Source: Arcobacteraceae bacterium (GTDB taxonomy: Bacteria; Campylobacterota; Campylobacteria; Campylobacterales; Arcobacteraceae). Taken from it: a DNA stretch of 64,000 nucleotides. Positions 29,515 to 39,948 of the stretch are shown piece by piece; positions within the stretch are counted from its first letter, which is position 1; every line of letters starts with the position of its first letter. A program made the position numbers and the translations under genes. The stretch lies in the NCBI GenBank assembly GCA_965224485.1, contig CBDCZH010000010.1, positions 160,001-224,000 of the forward strand. Reading direction: 5' to 3'. The notes under the pieces were generated by a model. It ran no database searches. It was given only the letters and a program-made list of their open reading frames with translations, and had not been told where the DNA came from.

Positions 29515-29589
29515 TTTCTACCTTTTATTATACTAAATATAGCATTTTTTGGTTAACGAAGAGTTAATATATGAAGATATCATCTTTCA

Positions 29590-29673
29590 TTGACCACTGG
29601 TCAAGTAATGAGTTATTTTAATAAATATTTAAGTGAATAATATATATACTTCCAAATGACTGACCGTCGGTCA
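29590..29673. promoter_or_regulatory. Two TetR-type operators TGACC-N3-GGTCA
   Basis: TTGACCACTGGTCAA at 29590-29604 and TGACCGTCGGTCA at 29661-29673. Confidence 0.75.
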
Positions 29674-29702
29674 ATAATGAATTATTAATAAAAAGGACAT
29701 AA

Positions 29703-30305
29703 ATGGCACCAAGAGTAGTTAATAAGGCTGAAAAAAGAAGAGAGATTGCTAGTTCATGTGAAGATCTTATTCATGAGCTTGGAATATCTAAAATAACTGT
29801 GTCTCAAGTTGCAAAAACAGCTGGAATTGGAAAAGGTACTGTTTATGAATACTTTGAAAATAAAAATGACATTATTTTTGAAATAATTAATATACATATA
29901 GAGAAATATCATAATGATTTTTTAGAAAGTATAAAAGATGTAGAAAGTACAAAAGAAAAAGTATTTCATTTTTTTTCTTTTGTTTTAGATGGTAGTAAAG
30001 ATAATTTAAAACATTTTAATGGTTATAAAGATTTTTTATCTATTGTATTAGCTGATGAAAACTCGCAAATGAAAGATTTTAATTGTGATACTAATGATTT
30101 TTTTAAGAATAAAATAAAATTATTTATAAATGAAGGTATAGAAAAAGGTGAGTTAATCAAAGAAGCTGCAAATCTTGCAGAAGGTTTGCTTATTTTTGAA
30201 AAAGGTTTGGTTTTATTAAAAATGACTCAAAATAATTATGATGTAAAAAATGATTTTGATTTATTTATAAATACAATATTTGATTTAATAGAGGTTAAAA
30301 AATGA
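29703..30305 (+). CDS. TetR/AcrR family regulator
   Basis: ITVSQVAKTAGIGKGTVYEYFENK. Confidence 0.95.
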   Translation: MAPRVVNKAEKRREIASSCEDLIHELGISKITVSQVAKTAGIGKGTVYEYFENKNDIIFEIINIHIEKYHNDFLESIKDVESTKEKVFHFFSFVLDGSKDNLKHFNGYKDFLSIVLADENSQMKDFNCDTNDFFKNKIKLFINEGIEKGELIKEAANLAEGLLIFEKGLVLLKMTQNNYDVKNDFDLFINTIFDLIEVKK

Positions 30306-30532
30306 TAAATGAAAAATATAGACGCTTAGTATTTGCTTTTTTCATGAGTAGTATTATGTCTTTTCTTATGAGTATGGTAATTACTTATATAAATTTAGGT
30401 TTTGTTGATGGTTTTGTATTAAAGTGGCTAGAAGCTTTTGTAAAAGCATTTATGTTTGCTTTTCCAATCGTATTTGTAGTTGCTCCCTTGGTTAACAAAA
30501 TTACAAGTAAATTAATTAAAAAAGGATTATAG
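30302..30532 (+). CDS. DUF2798-like small membrane protein
   Basis: FAFFMSSIMSFLMS...WLEAF..AFMFAFP pattern. Confidence 0.8.
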   Translation: MINEKYRRLVFAFFMSSIMSFLMSMVITYINLGFVDGFVLKWLEAFVKAFMFAFPIVFVVAPLVNKITSKLIKKGL

Positions 30533-31567
30533 ATGTTAAAAAATACTCTAACATTAATACTACTTTCAGTATCACTATTTGCAGCACAAGTTGCTTTAGT
30601 TGAAACAAGTGTATTAAAAAAAGGTGAGGTAAATCCACTGCAAGAATTTGTAGGAACATTGAGTTTTGAAAAAAAATCTGTTCTAGCAGCTCAAAATTCA
30701 GGTTTAGTAAAAAAAATAAACTTTAAAGTTGGACAAAAAGTTAAAAAAAATAAAATATTGATTCAAATTGATGCAGATGTCTTAAATGCACAAATAAAAG
30801 CTTCAAAAGCTTCTTTAAAAACTTCTAAAGATGAAGAAGTAAACTCTTCAAAAGATTATAATAGATATAAAGCTTTATTAGATTCAAAATCAATTACACA
30901 AAAAGAGTATGATGATGCTCTTTTAAAATCAAATTCATCTTCTAATAATGTTATGGTAAAAACTTCTTCATTAAAAGAATTAGAATTACAAAGTAGTAAA
31001 AAATCTATTAAAGCTCCTTATGATGGAATAATTGTTAAAAAATCTATTAATTTAGGTGAATGGGTAAATGCTGGGACTCCTTTAGCAACTATAGTTAATA
31101 TAAATAAAGCTGATATAGTTTTTAATATTCCTTTATCATTTGTAAAAGGTCTAAATATAGGTGAAAATTATGATATTACTTTAGATAAAAAACCTATAAA
31201 AGCAAAACTGGTTGCTGTAATTCCTAATGGAGATAAACTAACAAGAACTTTTCCTGTTAGATTTAGCGCAAAAATAAAAGATATATTTGTTTTTGACGGA
31301 CAAAGTGCAAAAGTTTCTTTGGCTAAAAATGCTAAAACTAATGCTTTCATGTTGCAAAGAGATTCAGTAATTAAAAGATTTAATCAAAATGTAATTTTTT
31401 ATATTAATGAAGAATCTAAAGCTATGATGATACCCGTTCAAATCATTGCTTATGCTGGAAGTAAAGTAGCAATAAAAGCAAAAGGTTTAGTAGAAGGAAT
31501 GAATGTTGTTTCTAAAGGGAATGAAAGAATATTTCCTAATCAAACTGTAAAAATTATAAATAAATAG
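30533..31567 (+). CDS. RND efflux periplasmic adaptor
   Basis: SGLVKKINFKVGQKVKK, IKAPYDG, TRTFPVR. Confidence 0.92.
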   Translation: MLKNTLTLILLSVSLFAAQVALVETSVLKKGEVNPLQEFVGTLSFEKKSVLAAQNSGLVKKINFKVGQKVKKNKILIQIDADVLNAQIKASKASLKTSKDEEVNSSKDYNRYKALLDSKSITQKEYDDALLKSNSSSNNVMVKTSSLKELELQSSKKSIKAPYDGIIVKKSINLGEWVNAGTPLATIVNINKADIVFNIPLSFVKGLNIGENYDITLDKKPIKAKLVAVIPNGDKLTRTFPVRFSAKIKDIFVFDGQSAKVSLAKNAKTNAFMLQRDSVIKRFNQNVIFYINEESKAMMIPVQIIAYAGSKVAIKAKGLVEGMNVVSKGNERIFPNQTVKIINK

Positions 31568-31575
31568 GAAGAAAA

Positions 31576-34500
31576 ATGGACTTAATAAAATTTTCTATTA
31601 AAAATCCTGTAACAATTATTGTTTCAGTATTAATAGTTGTTATTTTTGGTTTTTTATCGTTAAATAAATTACCTTATCAATTAACACCAAGTGTTACTAA
31701 ACCAGAAATTAAAATAACAACTATGTGGCCAGGTGCTACTCCTTACGAAATTGAGAGAGAAATAGTACAAGAACAAGAAGATGCTTTAAAATCATTAAAT
31801 AATTTAATAAACTATGAATCTTCTTCAAATGATAATTATGCTGAATTAACTTTAACATTTAAATTGGGTACTGATTTAAGAGCTTCTTTACAAGATGTTT
31901 CTAATAAGCTAAATGAAGTTGCTGACTATCCTGAGGATGTTTTAGAACCTGTAATTGAAACAGCAAGTGCAAGTCCTGTAATTTGGATGATGCTTCAAAC
32001 TCTTGAGTCTAATAAAAAACATATTGATACATATAAAACTTTTTTTGATGATGAAATTAAACCTATAATAAAAAGAGTTGATGGTGTTGCTGGAACTATG
32101 GATATGGGTGGAACAAAACAAGAAATGCAAATTGTTTTTGATTCAAATAAATTAGCTTCTTATGGTTTAAGTATAGCTGAGGTTATTAGAACATTACAAA
32201 ATGAAAATGTTGATGTTTCAGCAGGTGTTTTAAATTTAGATAGACGAGCATATAGAATAAGAACTGTTCATAAGTTCTCAAGCCCTAAAGATATAGAAGA
32301 CCTTGTACTTATTTCAAATAGAGAACAAAGAGTTACAATATCTGATATTGCTTCTGTTGATTTTGGTTATGCAAGAGCTACGACTGTTGCTATGTATTTG
32401 GGTAAAGATGGGCTTTTTTTAGGAGTTCAACCTAATTCTACTGTTAATATTGTAAAACTTACTAATGATGTTCAAAAAGTTGTAAATGAGTTAAATGAAA
32501 CTATTTTAAAGAAAAATGAATTAAAAATTCATTGGATTTATGATCAGAGACCATATATTGTTGGCTCTGTTGATTTAGTGCAACAAAATATAATTATTGG
32601 AGCTTTTTTAGCAATTTTAATTCTTATACTATTTTTACGATCTTTCTCACCTACTGCTGTAATTTCAGTTGCCATTCCTATTTCAGTAATTGGAACTTTT
32701 ATTATTCTTGAACTTATGGGAAGATCTTTAAATACTATTTCTTTAGCTGGAATATCCTTTGCGGTTGGAATGTTAGTTGATTCAGCAATTGTTGTTTTAG
32801 AAAATATAGACAGGCATAGAAAAGAAGGTATGAGTATAGCTGATGCTGCTTATTTAGGGGCAAGTGAAGTTTGGGGTGCATTAATTGCTTCAGCATTAAC
32901 AACAATTGCTGTTTTCTTACCAATAGTATTTTTACAAGATGAAGCAGGGCAGTTATTTAGAGATATTGCAATTGCAGTAACAGCTGCTGTTACATTTTCA
33001 TTATTCGTATCAATTTCTGTTATTCCAATGTTATGGAGAAAATTTGCATCTGTTTCTAAAAAAGAAGTAAAGCAAGCAGGAAAGCTTGCAAAGTTTGGTG
33101 ATAAAATAGTTGATTTTATTATGCGTTTAGTTACCTTATCTCTTAAAAATGTACTTAATAAAATTATAACAATTGTTTCTCTAGGAGCATTTTCTGCTCT
33201 TATAATTTTTGCACTTTTTCCAAAACTTGATTATTTACCACAAGGGAATAAGAACTTAATTTTTAATATACTTATCACTCCTCCAGGGTTTTCTTATGAA
33301 GAAAGATATGAGATAGGTTCTTATTTGATGAAAAAAGTAGAACCTTATATTAATAAAGATGTAGGAGATACTCCTGGATTAAATAGAGCTTTTTATATTT
33401 CTTCTGGTAGTTTCACTTTATTTGGTGGAACATCTATGCACGAAGAAAGAGCAAAAGAGTTAATTCCAATGTTTGCTCCAATTGTAAATTCAATACCTTC
33501 AATTTTTGGAATATCAATTCAATCTGGTGTTTTTGAAGATGGTGTTGGTGAGGGGAATAGTGTAGATATTGATATCTCAGGTGAAAAAATTGAAGACTTG
33601 GCAAATGTGGGTGGTTTATTATTTGGAGCAATTAGACAAGGTATTAAAGGTGCACAAGTAAGACCTGTACCTTCAATTGAGCTCTTATATCCAGAAGTTA
33701 GAATTAAACCAAATCAAGATGCCTTAAAAGCTTTAGGTATGAATTCGTTTGAATTTGGAGTTGGAATTGATGTTTTAATGAGTGGTAGAAAAGTTGGTGA
33801 TTTCAATCAAGATGGAAAGAAAAAAATTGATTTAATTCTAAAAGCTAGTGATGATGTTATTGTTACTCCTGAGAATATAATGGCTGTTTCTTTAGCGCTT
33901 CCAAATAAATCATTAGTTCCAATATCTTCTTTGTCTACTTTTGAACATCTTACTGGAATATCTGTAATTAGACATTTAAGAGGAAAAAGAACAATTACCT
34001 TACAAGTTACTCCTCCTCCTGGTTTAACAATTGATGAGACTATGAAAAAGATTTCGTTTATGTTAAAATCTATGAAAGAAAAGAAATTAATTAGTAAAAG
34101 TGTAGAAATTGGTATTTCAGGAACTGCTGATAAATTATCTCAAACAATAGAAATGTTAACTTTAAACTTTTTATTAGCTTTAGTAATAGTATATTTATTG
34201 ATGTCAGCACTTTTTGGTAATTTTTTATACCCAATTGTAATTATGTTTACAGTTCCACTTGCAACTGCTGGTGGTTTTTTAGGACTTTATTTAACAAATA
34301 CTTTTATAGCAACACAAGCTTTAGATGTTTTAACTATGTTAGGATTTATTATTTTAGTTGGAATTGTTGTAAATAATGCAATTTTAATAGTACATCAAAG
34401 TTTAAACTATATAAGAAGTGGTGAGATGGATCATAAAGAAGCAGTAATTGCGGCAACTAGAACTAGAGTAAGACCTATTTATATGAGTTCACTTACTTCT

Positions 34501-34713
34501 ATTTTTGGTATGCTTCCTTTGGTATTGATTCCAGGTCCTGGAAGTGAGTTTTATAGAGGATTAGGTTCTGTAATTACAGGTGGTTTAGCTTTTTCTACAA
34601 TTTTCACTATTTTTGTAACCCCAGCTTTGCTGATGTTTTTTATTAAATTAGAACAAAAAATGAAGAAAAAATCTAATAAAGATTTTTTAAAACAAATTAA
34701 TAATGAATCATAA
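31576..34713 (+). CDS. AcrB/AcrD/AcrF RND permease
   Basis: 1045 aa; GMLVDSAIVVLENI, GIVVNNAIL, RVRPIYMS. Confidence 0.96.
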   Translation: MDLIKFSIKNPVTIIVSVLIVVIFGFLSLNKLPYQLTPSVTKPEIKITTMWPGATPYEIEREIVQEQEDALKSLNNLINYESSSNDNYAELTLTFKLGTDLRASLQDVSNKLNEVADYPEDVLEPVIETASASPVIWMMLQTLESNKKHIDTYKTFFDDEIKPIIKRVDGVAGTMDMGGTKQEMQIVFDSNKLASYGLSIAEVIRTLQNENVDVSAGVLNLDRRAYRIRTVHKFSSPKDIEDLVLISNREQRVTISDIASVDFGYARATTVAMYLGKDGLFLGVQPNSTVNIVKLTNDVQKVVNELNETILKKNELKIHWIYDQRPYIVGSVDLVQQNIIIGAFLAILILILFLRSFSPTAVISVAIPISVIGTFIILELMGRSLNTISLAGISFAVGMLVDSAIVVLENIDRHRKEGMSIADAAYLGASEVWGALIASALTTIAVFLPIVFLQDEAGQLFRDIAIAVTAAVTFSLFVSISVIPMLWRKFASVSKKEVKQAGKLAKFGDKIVDFIMRLVTLSLKNVLNKIITIVSLGAFSALIIFALFPKLDYLPQGNKNLIFNILITPPGFSYEERYEIGSYLMKKVEPYINKDVGDTPGLNRAFYISSGSFTLFGGTSMHEERAKELIPMFAPIVNSIPSIFGISIQSGVFEDGVGEGNSVDIDISGEKIEDLANVGGLLFGAIRQGIKGAQVRPVPSIELLYPEVRIKPNQDALKALGMNSFEFGVGIDVLMSGRKVGDFNQDGKKKIDLILKASDDVIVTPENIMAVSLALPNKSLVPISSLSTFEHLTGISVIRHLRGKRTITLQVTPPPGLTIDETMKKISFMLKSMKEKKLISKSVEIGISGTADKLSQTIEMLTLNFLLALVIVYLLMSALFGNFLYPIVIMFTVPLATAGGFLGLYLTNTFIATQALDVLTMLGFIILVGIVVNNAILIVHQSLNYIRSGEMDHKEAVIAATRTRVRPIYMSSLTSIFGMLPLVLIPGPGSEFYRGLGSVITGGLAFSTIFTIFVTPALLMFFIKLEQKMKKKSNKDFLKQINNES

Positions 34714-34722
34714 AGGAAAAAA

Positions 34723-35961
34723 ATGAAAAAAAGAATAATTACTATTTTATTAATTTTAAGCGTAAATAGTTTGGCTTTAGACTTAGATGAAGCCTTAAAT
34801 ATTTCCTTAGAGAATAATTATGATATTTTAAGTAAAACTTATGAATATAAACAAAGTAAAGCAAATATAAATTTAAATAAAGCTTCCTTATTTCCACGTT
34901 TAGACTTGTCTTATTCTTATAATCATAAAAACAAAGTTCAAAGTAATCAGAATAAAGAAGATTCTGTATCAAAAGTTCTTATCTCTTATAACTTATTTAA
35001 TGGTTTTAAAGATTTAAAAAATTTTTCAAGTGCTAAGTATTTGTCTTCTTCTTCAAGATTCTTTTTAGAAGCTTCAAAAGAAGATATTTTATTACAAACT
35101 AAAGAAACATATATCAAAGTATTAGAGAAAAAACGAAATTTAACTACTTATGAAGATGCATACAAACTTTTCTTGAAACAATACGCTGATGCAAATAACA
35201 AACATAATGAAGGAATACTTGCTAAAAACGATTTATTAAAAGTTCAAGTAAATACTTTAGATGCGAAACAAGATGTTATTAAAGCAAGAAGTGACTTAGA
35301 AATTTCAAGATATGAGCTTAGTAATATCTTAGGTGGATATAATCTTTTTAAAGTAAAAATAAAAGATTTAGAACTAAATACTTTAGATAAAGTATTTACT
35401 GATAAAAATCTAGAAAATAGAAGTGAACTATTGGCGTTAAAGATGAATATAAAAAGTGCAAAAGCTAATTTAAGCTCTAGTAAAAGTGGTTTTTATCCAA
35501 AAGTAGATGCGAGTATATCATATAATAAATATGGTGATGATGAGCAAATAGGAGGAAGTTCTTCTTATCCTAAGACGCAAAAAATAGCGAATATAAGTCT
35601 TTCTTGGAATGTATTTTCTGGTTATTATGATAAATCACTTATACAAATTAGTAAGAGTAAAGTACATCAAGCCAGTATTTCTTATAATAAAGCAAAATTA
35701 GATATAAAATTACAGTATCAAAATGCTATTTCTTCTTATGAAGTTGCTAAGTTAAATTATAAAACATCTATCATATCTTTAGAACAAGCAAAATTAAATT
35801 ATGAAATTGTAGCAAATAGATTTAAAGAAGGACTTTCTTCAACTACTGATTTAGTTGATGCTAATTATTTATTAAGTTCATCAAAACATAGGTATTATAA
35901 ATCTTATTATGATAATTTTTTAGCTATTGCTAGTTTAGAGAGAATTACTCAAAGTAAGTAA
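34723..35961 (+). CDS. TolC-family outer membrane protein
   Basis: Signal peptide; FYPKVDA; RFKEGLSSTTDLVDA. Confidence 0.92.
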   Translation: MKKRIITILLILSVNSLALDLDEALNISLENNYDILSKTYEYKQSKANINLNKASLFPRLDLSYSYNHKNKVQSNQNKEDSVSKVLISYNLFNGFKDLKNFSSAKYLSSSSRFFLEASKEDILLQTKETYIKVLEKKRNLTTYEDAYKLFLKQYADANNKHNEGILAKNDLLKVQVNTLDAKQDVIKARSDLEISRYELSNILGGYNLFKVKIKDLELNTLDKVFTDKNLENRSELLALKMNIKSAKANLSSSKSGFYPKVDASISYNKYGDDEQIGGSSSYPKTQKIANISLSWNVFSGYYDKSLIQISKSKVHQASISYNKAKLDIKLQYQNAISSYEVAKLNYKTSIISLEQAKLNYEIVANRFKEGLSSTTDLVDANYLLSSSKHRYYKSYYDNFLAIASLERITQSK

Positions 35962-35966
35962 TAAAC

Positions 35967-35998
35967 TTGTAAAACTAAATAAAAATTTAGTTTTACAA
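35967..35998. terminator. Inverted repeat between convergent genes
   Basis: TTGTAAAACTAAAT-AAAA-ATTTAGTTTTACAA. Confidence 0.65.
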
Positions 35999-36002
35999 AT
36001 AT

Positions 36003-36299
36003 TTATTTATTTTTTTTCTTATTCCTGTTTTTTTCACTCATATAAGAGAAATAAGATTGAGAAGTTTTTATTTTCTTATTAGTACCAAAAGATTTTTTCC
36101 ATTTAAGATCTTGGTGTACTTTAGTAGCATCTCTTCCCCCACCAAGTCTTGACTTAAAGTTTCCAAAACTTTTAGTTGAACCACCAGAAAAAAAGTTCTT
36201 TGGTAAGAAATAATATACTACAGAACCTAAAAGTATTACAATAATTAAAGTACTTGTAATAGATGCTTTTTTAAAGTTATTTTTTTTAATATTTGCCAT
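36003..36299 (-). CDS. Hypothetical basic membrane-anchored protein (98 aa)
   Basis: AAGG RBS; single TM segment. Confidence 0.65.
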   Translation of the reverse strand: MANIKKNNFKKASITSTLIIVILLGSVVYYFLPKNFFSGGSTKSFGNFKSRLGGGRDATKVHQDLKWKKSFGTNKKIKTSQSYFSYMSEKNRNKKKNK

Positions 36300-36361
36300 T
36301 ATTTACGCCTATTATTGATTATTTAATAATAACATATAAAATATTAAATAAAAATAAATAC

Positions 36362-36709
36362 TTATCTTGGAATAACAGTTCCATTAATCATTAAAATTTC
36401 ATGACCTTCTTCAGAAATTTTTTCACTTCCCCAAATTGGGTCAAAAACTAAGCTTACTTCTGCTTCATCTATATAATCAATGCTTAAGCAAGCTTCTTTT
36501 ACTTCATCTAGTAATGCATCTGCAACAGGGCAAGCAGGTGAGGTTAGAGTCATATTTATATAAACAAAAAGATAATTATCTTTTTGCTTGAATTCTATAT
36601 CATAAATCAAACCTAAATCATAAACATTAACAGGAATTTCAGGGTCGTAAACATGTTTTAATCTATGAATTACTTCTTCTTTTATCTCTTTTATATTAAA
36701 ACCTCCCAT
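36362..36709 (-). CDS. DUF59/SufT family Fe-S assembly protein
   Basis: VYDPEIPVNVYDLGLIY, MTLTSPACP. Confidence 0.93.
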   Translation of the reverse strand: MGGFNIKEIKEEVIHRLKHVYDPEIPVNVYDLGLIYDIEFKQKDNYLFVYINMTLTSPACPVADALLDEVKEACLSIDYIDEAEVSLVFDPIWGSEKISEEGHEILMINGTVIPR

Positions 36710-36711
36710 AA

Positions 36712-37125
36712 TTAAACCTCACTTTTTTGTGCATATTCTTTTATTTTTTTAATCATACCAATTACTCCACTTTGTCTATTGGGTGTTATTATTTCACTTA
36801 AATTAAGCTCATGTAACATATCTAAATCAAGATTTTTTAATATTTTCGCTTCTTGGTTTGAAAAAATATCTAATAAAATATAAATCAAACCTTTTACGAT
36901 AACAGCGTCTGATGTACCTTCAAAATATAAGATATTATCTTTTTGTTTTGTTATTAACCATACTTGAGAGGTACAACCATGTACAATATTTGCTGGTATC
37001 TTATACTCATCTTTAAAAATAGCTAGTTTTTTACCTAAATCAATTATATACTCATACTTATCTAAGTCATTATCAAATATTTCCAAATTTTCTTTATATT
37101 TTAGGATTTTATTTTTTATACTCAA
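36712..37125 (-). CDS. sufE: SufE sulfur acceptor
   Basis: VHGCTSQVW, SDAVIVKGL, ITPNRQSG. Confidence 0.93.
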   Translation of the reverse strand: MSIKNKILKYKENLEIFDNDLDKYEYIIDLGKKLAIFKDEYKIPANIVHGCTSQVWLITKQKDNILYFEGTSDAVIVKGLIYILLDIFSNQEAKILKNLDLDMLHELNLSEIITPNRQSGVIGMIKKIKEYAQKSEV

Positions 37126-37126
37126 G

Positions 37127-38311
37127 TTAATCCTTTAACATTTTTATAGAGAGTATTAAAGCTTTAATAAAAGCTTTGATATCTTCTTTGTCATTATAAA
37201 AAGCAAGAGATACTCTTATTGTTCCTTTTATTCCTAAAGCCTTCATAATAGGTTGGGCACAGTGATGACCAACTCTAATTGCAATATTTTGTTTTGCTAA
37301 AAGTATTCCTATATCATCATTTGAAATATCTTTTATACAAAAACTTCTTGAAGCTGTTGAATTTTTATTATCATTGTACATAATAATATCAGGAATACTT
37401 AATAGTTCTTTATATAAACAATCATATAAATCTTTTTCTATTTTTTGTATTTTTTCATAAGTAACAAAAGATATTAGCTCTAAAGCTTTAGAAAAAGATA
37501 CGACAGCTGATATATTTTGAGTACCTGCTTCAAACTTGTAAGGTGATCTTAATAAAGTTGAAGAGTTAAAGTCAACTTCTTCTATAGTCGCTCCTCCTGT
37601 TTGATATGGTTCTACTGAGTCTAAGAATTTAGTTTTAATATAAATAGCTCCAAGACCAGTTGCTCCAAAAGTTTTATGAGCAGACATTGCAAAAAAGTCC
37701 ACATCAAGGTCTTGCATGTCTACTTTAGTATGAGCTAAACTCTGAGCTGCGTCTATTAGAACTACAGCTTGGTACTTATGAGCTAGTTTTGTAATTTTTT
37801 TTATATCATGGATTACTCCAAAAGCATTTGAAATATGGGTAATACTAACAAAAGCTTCTTTATTGTTTTTAAGTAAAAGCTCGAAATCATCATAATCAAA
37901 TTCTAAATTATCTTTATACTTTACAACTTCTAAACCCTTGTGCAAAGATCTATCTTGCATATGCCAAGGTGTTATATTTGAGTGATGCTCTAATGAAGAA
38001 ATTATTACTGTTTTAAAACTTTTAGCAAAACTTGAGGCAATAAAATTTATAGCTTCGCTTACACCTTTTGTAAAAATAATTTCTTCTACTTTTGAAGCAT
38101 TTATAAACTCTTTTAAATCTTTTCTTGTTTTTTCAAATAAAGTAGTTGCTTTATTTGCAGTATCATAAGAACCTCTATGTGTATTTGCACAATAATGCGT
38201 ATAATACTTAGATATTTCATCTATTAGCGTTTGTGGTTTTTGTGTTGTTGCTGCATTATCTAAATATACAGTTTTAGAATTTTTAAAATATGGAAATAAT
38301 TCTTTATACAT
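37127..38311 (-). CDS. sufS: SufS-type (group II) cysteine desulfurase
   Basis: YLDNAATTQKP, SAHK, FEAGT, RVGHHCAQP. Confidence 0.93.
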   Translation of the reverse strand: MYKELFPYFKNSKTVYLDNAATTQKPQTLIDEISKYYTHYCANTHRGSYDTANKATTLFEKTRKDLKEFINASKVEEIIFTKGVSEAINFIASSFAKSFKTVIISSLEHHSNITPWHMQDRSLHKGLEVVKYKDNLEFDYDDFELLLKNNKEAFVSITHISNAFGVIHDIKKITKLAHKYQAVVLIDAAQSLAHTKVDMQDLDVDFFAMSAHKTFGATGLGAIYIKTKFLDSVEPYQTGGATIEEVDFNSSTLLRSPYKFEAGTQNISAVVSFSKALELISFVTYEKIQKIEKDLYDCLYKELLSIPDIIMYNDNKNSTASRSFCIKDISNDDIGILLAKQNIAIRVGHHCAQPIMKALGIKGTIRVSLAFYNDKEDIKAFIKALILSIKMLKD

Positions 38312-39200
38312 TAAAGTCCTTATATAAATCTAAAATTAATTTTTTTAATTCTTGATTTGAAATTTTATCATATATTTTACTTTCAATCGCTTTTAAAAGT
38401 ATGTTTGTAGCTTTTTTTAAACTAAGCCCTCTTTGCTGTAAATAAAAGAGCTCTTCTTCATTTAAAGAGCCTGTTGTCGCTCCATGGCTAGCTTTTAATT
38501 CATTTGTTTCTATCTCTAAGTGCGGGTTTGCATAAATTATTGCATCATTACTTAATAAAATAGTATTTGAACTTTGATAGGCTTCACTAAATAATGCATC
38601 TTTAGTAATTTTACTTAAAGCTTCAAAGTGAACTTTTGAAGAATCATCTAAAATATGTTTAAAATCTAAAGATGAAAAAGTATTTTGATTTTCATGAATT
38701 ATATGTATTAAATTAGATACTTCGCTTTTATTTTTTGTTTTAACTAATGCACTTATAGTTAGTTTCGCTTTTTTGTTTTTTAAAATAGAGTTAAATTTAC
38801 TAATAGCTTGTTTTGAGCCAAAATCAAAAAGATTTATACTTAATGATGAAGATTCTTCTAAAAAAGAGTTAAAATCATATTCTAAATTTGAAAAACTATC
38901 TAATACTTGTATTTTATTATAAATCAATTTAGAGTTTTGATCTATTATCACTTCTCTTGTTAGCTTGTACTCTTTATCTTCATTTTCTTCATTTTGAAAA
39001 TCTATTATCTCTAAGAGTTCAACTTCTGAATTTTCTTCAATATATATTTTTAATTTTTGAGTTTTATTTTGATTTATTAAAATAATATTATTTGAAGATT
39101 CTTTTATTCTTATTTCATTTATTTCTTTATTTAAAAAAATATATTCTAAGTTTTTGTTAAAATTATTTGAATTATTTGAATTATTTGAATTATTTTTCAT
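38304..39200 (-). CDS. sufD: SufD Fe-S assembly protein (short form)
   Basis: PHLEIETNELKASHGATTG, LFYLQQRG. Confidence 0.9.
   Translation of the reverse strand: MKNNSNNSNNSNNFNKNLEYIFLNKEINEIRIKESSNNIILINQNKTQKLKIYIEENSEVELLEIIDFQNEENEDKEYKLTREVIIDQNSKLIYNKIQVLDSFSNLEYDFNSFLEESSSLSINLFDFGSKQAISKFNSILKNKKAKLTISALVKTKNKSEVSNLIHIIHENQNTFSSLDFKHILDDSSKVHFEALSKITKDALFSEAYQSSNTILLSNDAIIYANPHLEIETNELKASHGATTGSLNEEELFYLQQRGLSLKKATNILLKAIESKIYDKISNQELKKLILDLYKDFNV
39161..39195. repeat. 9-bp tandem repeat (AATTATTTG, nearly 4 units) at the sufD 5' end
   Basis: Encodes NNSNNSNNSNN. Confidence 0.9.
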
Positions 39201-39948
39201 TATCTTTAAATCCTATTTTTTCAAAACCATTTTTTTGTATTTCTAAAGCAAGAGAATAGTCTCCTGTTTTAATTATCTTTCCATCTTTCATGATGTGTAC
39301 AAAATCTGGTTTTATTAATTCTAATAATCTATCATAATGAGTAATCATTAAAAGGGCTTTTTTCTTATTTTTCATCATGTCATTTATTACATTTGCAACT
39401 ACTTTAATAGCATCAATATCAAGACCTGAATCAATTTCATCAAGTATTATAAGTTCTGGATTTAATATAAGAAGTTGAATAAGTTCATTTCTTTTTTTTT
39501 CTCCCCCTGAAAATCCTTCATTTAAATTTCTTTTTAATAATTTACCATCAATATCAAACTCTTTTATCTTGCTTTTTATCTCTTTTAGAAAAGACAAGGC
39601 ATCTAGTTCATCTTTTTTTAAATAAGCTCTTTTAGCATTTAGGGCAGATTTTAAAAAGTAAGTATTATTAACTCCTGCTATTTCAACTGGATTTTGAAAA
39701 GATAAAAAAACACCTTCATTTGCTCTTTTTTCTACACTCATTTTTAACAAGTCTTTATTTTTATATTTTATACTTCCCTCTTGTACCTTACAATCATAAT
39801 GTCCTACAAGTGTTTTAGCTAGAGTTGATTTTCCAGCTCCATTTACTCCCATAAGAACATGTATCTCACCCTCATTTATTTGTAAATTTAAATCTTTTAA
39901 TATGTTTTTTTGTTCAATTTGAACACTTAAGTTTTTAATTTCTAACAT
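39190..39948 (-). CDS. sufC: SufC ATPase
   Basis: GVNGAGKST, NEGFSGGEKKRNE, LDEIDSGLDID. Confidence 0.96.
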   Translation of the reverse strand: MLEIKNLSVQIEQKNILKDLNLQINEGEIHVLMGVNGAGKSTLAKTLVGHYDCKVQEGSIKYKNKDLLKMSVEKRANEGVFLSFQNPVEIAGVNNTYFLKSALNAKRAYLKKDELDALSFLKEIKSKIKEFDIDGKLLKRNLNEGFSGGEKKRNELIQLLILNPELIILDEIDSGLDIDAIKVVANVINDMMKNKKKALLMITHYDRLLELIKPDFVHIMKDGKIIKTGDYSLALEIQKNGFEKIGFKDNEK

